Shown: piece by piece, positions 56,682 to 58,680 of the stretch
How positions within the stretch are numbered: the first letter of the stretch is position 1
Layout: each line of letters opens with the position of its first letter
From: an uncultured Bacilli bacterium
Lineage (GTDB): Bacteria; Bacillota_I; Bacilli_A; RF39; UBA660
DNA length: 58,680 nt
Assembly: GCA_934096535.1 (NCBI GenBank)
Contig: CAKOMC010000002.1
Span: forward strand, 1 to 58,680
Reading direction: 5' to 3'
Program-made: the position numbers and the translations under genes
Notes under the pieces: model-generated
What the model saw: only the letters and a program-made list of their open reading frames with translations
What the model was told of the DNA's origin: nothing
The model's database searches: none

Positions 56682-57122
56682 TTAATTAATTTTTTCTTTT
56701 CCACATGATTCATCTATGGATAAGTGGTATTTTTTAGCTATCTCAATAGCAAAAGCAGTTAACAGAAGAGTTTTGCCAGTTTCATACGCTGAGATAGTAG
56801 AAGAGGTTGTATTTAAGATTCTTGCTAAGTCTCTTAAAGTTAAGTTATTATTACTTCTTAATTTTTTAATATTATTGCCGATTATTTTCTTATCTAACTC
56901 ATTTAATTTCTTATATTTTATTTTCTTATTTGTAAGACCTAAGATGTAATCCATACTAATATTATAATAGTTAGAAAGGCTATTTAAGTGTTTTAAGGGT
57001 ATTATTTTTAAATTAGTTTCCCAAGTAGAGTAGGTTGATCTATCAATATTTAAAATTTGGGCTATATCTTTTTGAAGTAGAAAGTTATATTCTCTTAGTT
57101 CTAATAATCTTGTATTATTCAT
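56682..57122 (-). CDS. XRE-family regulator with two tandem HTH domains
   Basis: LRELREYNFLLQKDIAQILNIDRSTYSTWE and IKKLRSNNNLTLRDLARILNTTSSTISAYE. Confidence 0.85.
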   Translation of the reverse strand: MNNTRLLELREYNFLLQKDIAQILNIDRSTYSTWETNLKIIPLKHLNSLSNYYNISMDYILGLTNKKIKYKKLNELDKKIIGNNIKKLRSNNNLTLRDLARILNTTSSTISAYETGKTLLLTAFAIEIAKKYHLSIDESCGKEKIN

Positions 57123-57125
57123 GGA

Positions 57126-57971
57126 TTAATTATTGTAACTTTCATATTCTTTTTCTTGTTTTATAATTTTTCTTACAAATTTATATGGTTTAACAACCTC
57201 ACCATTTTGCATACAAATTTCATAAATACTATCATTTAAAACATTACCGAAATTATATATAGTCTTTTGATGTTCAATAGAAGCATTACAATCTGTAATA
57301 ATTCCATCACAATTAACAGCAACCATACTTCCAATTTTGCAAATGCCATTATCAATGTCTTCTAGATAAAAATCACCAATAATTTTTTTGCCGACATGGG
57401 TAATAATTGGGTAAAAAATCCTTAAGGGAACAGTTATATTTTTATCTAATTTTTCAGCGTTACCTTCTCTAAATAATTTCAATCTTGGGTCTAAATAAAG
57501 AAATCCACCATAATATTTAGAACTTCTATAAAATTCTAAATTATTTAAAAATTGAGCTTCAAGTTTTAATCTTTTTAGTTCATTTTGATGGTAAATATCT
57601 CTAGAAATTAAAAATGATGATTTTTCGAGACGGCTTGGAAGTGTTTTTTCTATATATTGTTCAATCATTTCTAAGCACTCAAGAAATTTGCCTGAATATA
57701 TTGTACCGTTAATTACCACAGTAACACGCCCAACTATAATTCCTTTTTCCATAATATAATTAAATATTTTTTCTATGACATCAACAGCTAATGTCGGCTC
57801 ACCACCACAAATTCCTAAATTGTGAATGGCTATAACTTGGCCTAAAGTGGCTTCAATTACTTCATTACTCATAGAATTATCGCATTTTTGTCCGCGCATA
57901 CAATGACAACAATCTAGATTACATTTATTGGTAACAATCATTTCTAAATTCATAATAACTACTTTTCGCAT
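57126..57971 (-). CDS. Radical SAM enzyme with a SPASM/twitch-like C-terminal Cys motif
   Basis: TNKCNLDCCHCMRG is a Cx3Cx2C motif. Also ICGGEPTL and C-terminal CKIGSMVAVNCDGIITDC. AAGGA lies 8 nt before ATG 57971. Confidence 0.8.
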   Translation of the reverse strand: MRKVVIMNLEMIVTNKCNLDCCHCMRGQKCDNSMSNEVIEATLGQVIAIHNLGICGGEPTLAVDVIEKIFNYIMEKGIIVGRVTVVINGTIYSGKFLECLEMIEQYIEKTLPSRLEKSSFLISRDIYHQNELKRLKLEAQFLNNLEFYRSSKYYGGFLYLDPRLKLFREGNAEKLDKNITVPLRIFYPIITHVGKKIIGDFYLEDIDNGICKIGSMVAVNCDGIITDCNASIEHQKTIYNFGNVLNDSIYEICMQNGEVVKPYKFVRKIIKQEKEYESYNN

Positions 57972-58135
57972 AAAAACCGTCCTTTTTTAATTAAGGGCTA
58001 TTCTAACATATATTATTAATGTAAGCAAAAAAATTTTATTATTTAACTATAAATATTGCAAAAAATTATGACAACCTTTGTCGAATCAAGTGTAAAAATG
58101 CTAAGAAAATGCTATGATTAGTTAAGGTGATTAGT

Positions 58136-58240
58136 ATGAATTTAATGAATAATAACGCTTTATTTAATAAGCTTATTAAAGAAGTAGACGATTTAAGACT
58201 TGCAGTGTGTCTTGACAAGGTAAAGAAAAATAATATATAA
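58136..58240 (+). CDS. Possible 34-aa ORF upstream of gpsB (doubtful)
   Basis: AAGGTGA lies 6 nt before ATG 58136. Product MNLMNNNALFNKLIKEVDDLRLAVCLDKVKKNNI. Confidence 0.25.
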   Translation: MNLMNNNALFNKLIKEVDDLRLAVCLDKVKKNNI

Positions 58241-58264
58241 TTAATCTTGTAGGAAGGGATAATT

Positions 58265-58597
58265 ATGAATAACAGTAAAATAGTTCTAACTACTCAGGAT
58301 ATAGTTAATAAGGAATTTACTATCGAACCAAAAGGTTTTAAACCACAAGAAGTAGATGGCTTTTTAGATATTGTTATTAAAGACTATGTAGCCTTTGATA
58401 AAGAAATAAAAAAATTACGCAAGGAACTTGCTAGTTTAAATGAAGAAAATAGTCGTCTTCGCAGTGAGGTTAGAAGATTAAAAGACTTAGAGACAATTCA
58501 TGATGAAGACAGTAGGACCCCAACTCCTGTTAATAATGTTGACCTTCTAAGAAGAATTAGTCAATTAGAGAAAATTGTTTACGGAAAAAGTGAATAA
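58265..58597 (+). CDS. gpsB: Cell-cycle protein GpsB (DivIVA-domain)
   Basis: LTTQDIVNKEFTIEPKGFKPQEVDGFLDIVIKDY followed by a coiled coil. Confidence 0.9.
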   Translation: MNNSKIVLTTQDIVNKEFTIEPKGFKPQEVDGFLDIVIKDYVAFDKEIKKLRKELASLNEENSRLRSEVRRLKDLETIHDEDSRTPTPVNNVDLLRRISQLEKIVYGKSE

Positions 58598-58611
58598 TTA
58601 AGAAATAAAAA

Positions 58612-58680
58612 ATAACTTAGAAAGACAAATGCTGGTATATTTATTATACTTGAGGAAAGTCCGTGCTTACATAGACCTGA
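58612..58680 (+). ncRNA. rnpB: RNase P RNA, 5' portion (truncated by the window end; 5' boundary approximate)
   Basis: The universally conserved P4 strand GAGGAAAGTCCGTGC lies at 58652-58666, preceded by a short hairpin gtata-tttat-tatac (P3-like). The same gpsB-rnpB adjacency is, as I recall it, found in Bacillus subtilis. Confidence 0.8.

Noticed and set aside
1586-56949. Short track ORFs lying antisense to, or out of frame within, longer recognisable genes. They are 1586-1885, 2508-2750, 2787-2975, 6260-6466, 8335-8556, 10365-10691, 11068-11253, 11497-11745, 13003-13398, 17451-17714, 17913-18125, 19436-19657, 20448-20657, 22279-22473, 24383-24574, 25785-25967, 32955-33149, 33929-34150, 35044-35226, 35218-35433, 40190-40492, 40919-41122, 49966-50349 and 56716-56949.
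   Set aside because: Each is fully or largely nested in a longer ORF that has clear family motifs. Their translations are low-complexity and rich in I, L, F, K and S, as expected from reading AT-rich coding DNA in the wrong frame. None has a convincing ribosome-binding site.
1-58680. Mobile-element boundaries (integrase, transposase, IS inverted repeats, tRNA attachment sites) that would explain the accessory blocks.
   Set aside because: I recognised no recombinase or transposase motifs in any ORF and saw no tRNA genes. The 145-aa ORF at 21801-22238 has only a vague resemblance to an integrase N-terminal helical domain and lacks a catalytic domain.

Overview
This is a visibly AT-rich segment that looks like low-GC Bacillota. 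It uses the standard genetic code: TGA acts as a stop and TGG encodes Trp. I did not compute GC content and ran no searches, so every call comes from reading motifs in the ORF translations and the raw DNA.

Layout:
(i) 0.4-4.1 kb is a terminator-bounded accessory module. It holds a triple 32-nt direct repeat, two translationally coupled ORFs of unknown function (one soluble, one multi-pass membrane), a near-consensus promoter driving a roughly 290-nt non-coding structured leader, and a stand-alone 446-aa reverse transcriptase. This is my best candidate for an undescribed retron/DRT-like defence system.
(ii) 4.1-14.9 kb is a Wzx/Wzy-type exopolysaccharide locus. It has a priming sugar transferase on the minus strand and a ten-gene plus-strand operon (GT4s, pyruvyl transferase with an FeS partner, Wzy, acetyltransferase, Wzx). 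A DEDDh exonuclease plus a coupled unknown ORF are inserted between the two.
(iii) 15.0-20.6 kb is a defence-type islet. It contains a HEPN (Rx4H) gene split by a -1 frame change at an A7 run, a stand-alone OLD-family ATPase-Toprim nuclease, a coiled-coil protein with an Mrr-type nuclease domain, and a divergent UDG-superfamily protein.
(iv) 20.7-28.3 kb carries surface proteins, a sortase, a VanZ-like protein, a CpsC/CpsD/CpsB tyrosine-kinase module and an ADP-ribosylglycohydrolase. An orphan promoter-to-terminator unit of about 290 nt follows.
(v) 29.6-41.1 kb has fmt and then an ABC-transporter-dependent wall-glycopolymer cluster, interrupted by an independently transcribed caspase-like (peptidase C14) gene. 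A decayed acyltransferase gene and a lone pseudopilin-like gene follow.
(vi) 42.4-58.7 kb is core housekeeping: rpoZ, polA, mutM, a GNAT, murD, an M48-like peptidase, a SEDS protein, a Crp/Fnr regulator, nrdDG, dut, a radical-SAM/SPASM plus tandem-HTH pair, gpsB and the 5' end of RNase P RNA.

I found no integrase, transposase, tRNA, rRNA or CRISPR array.
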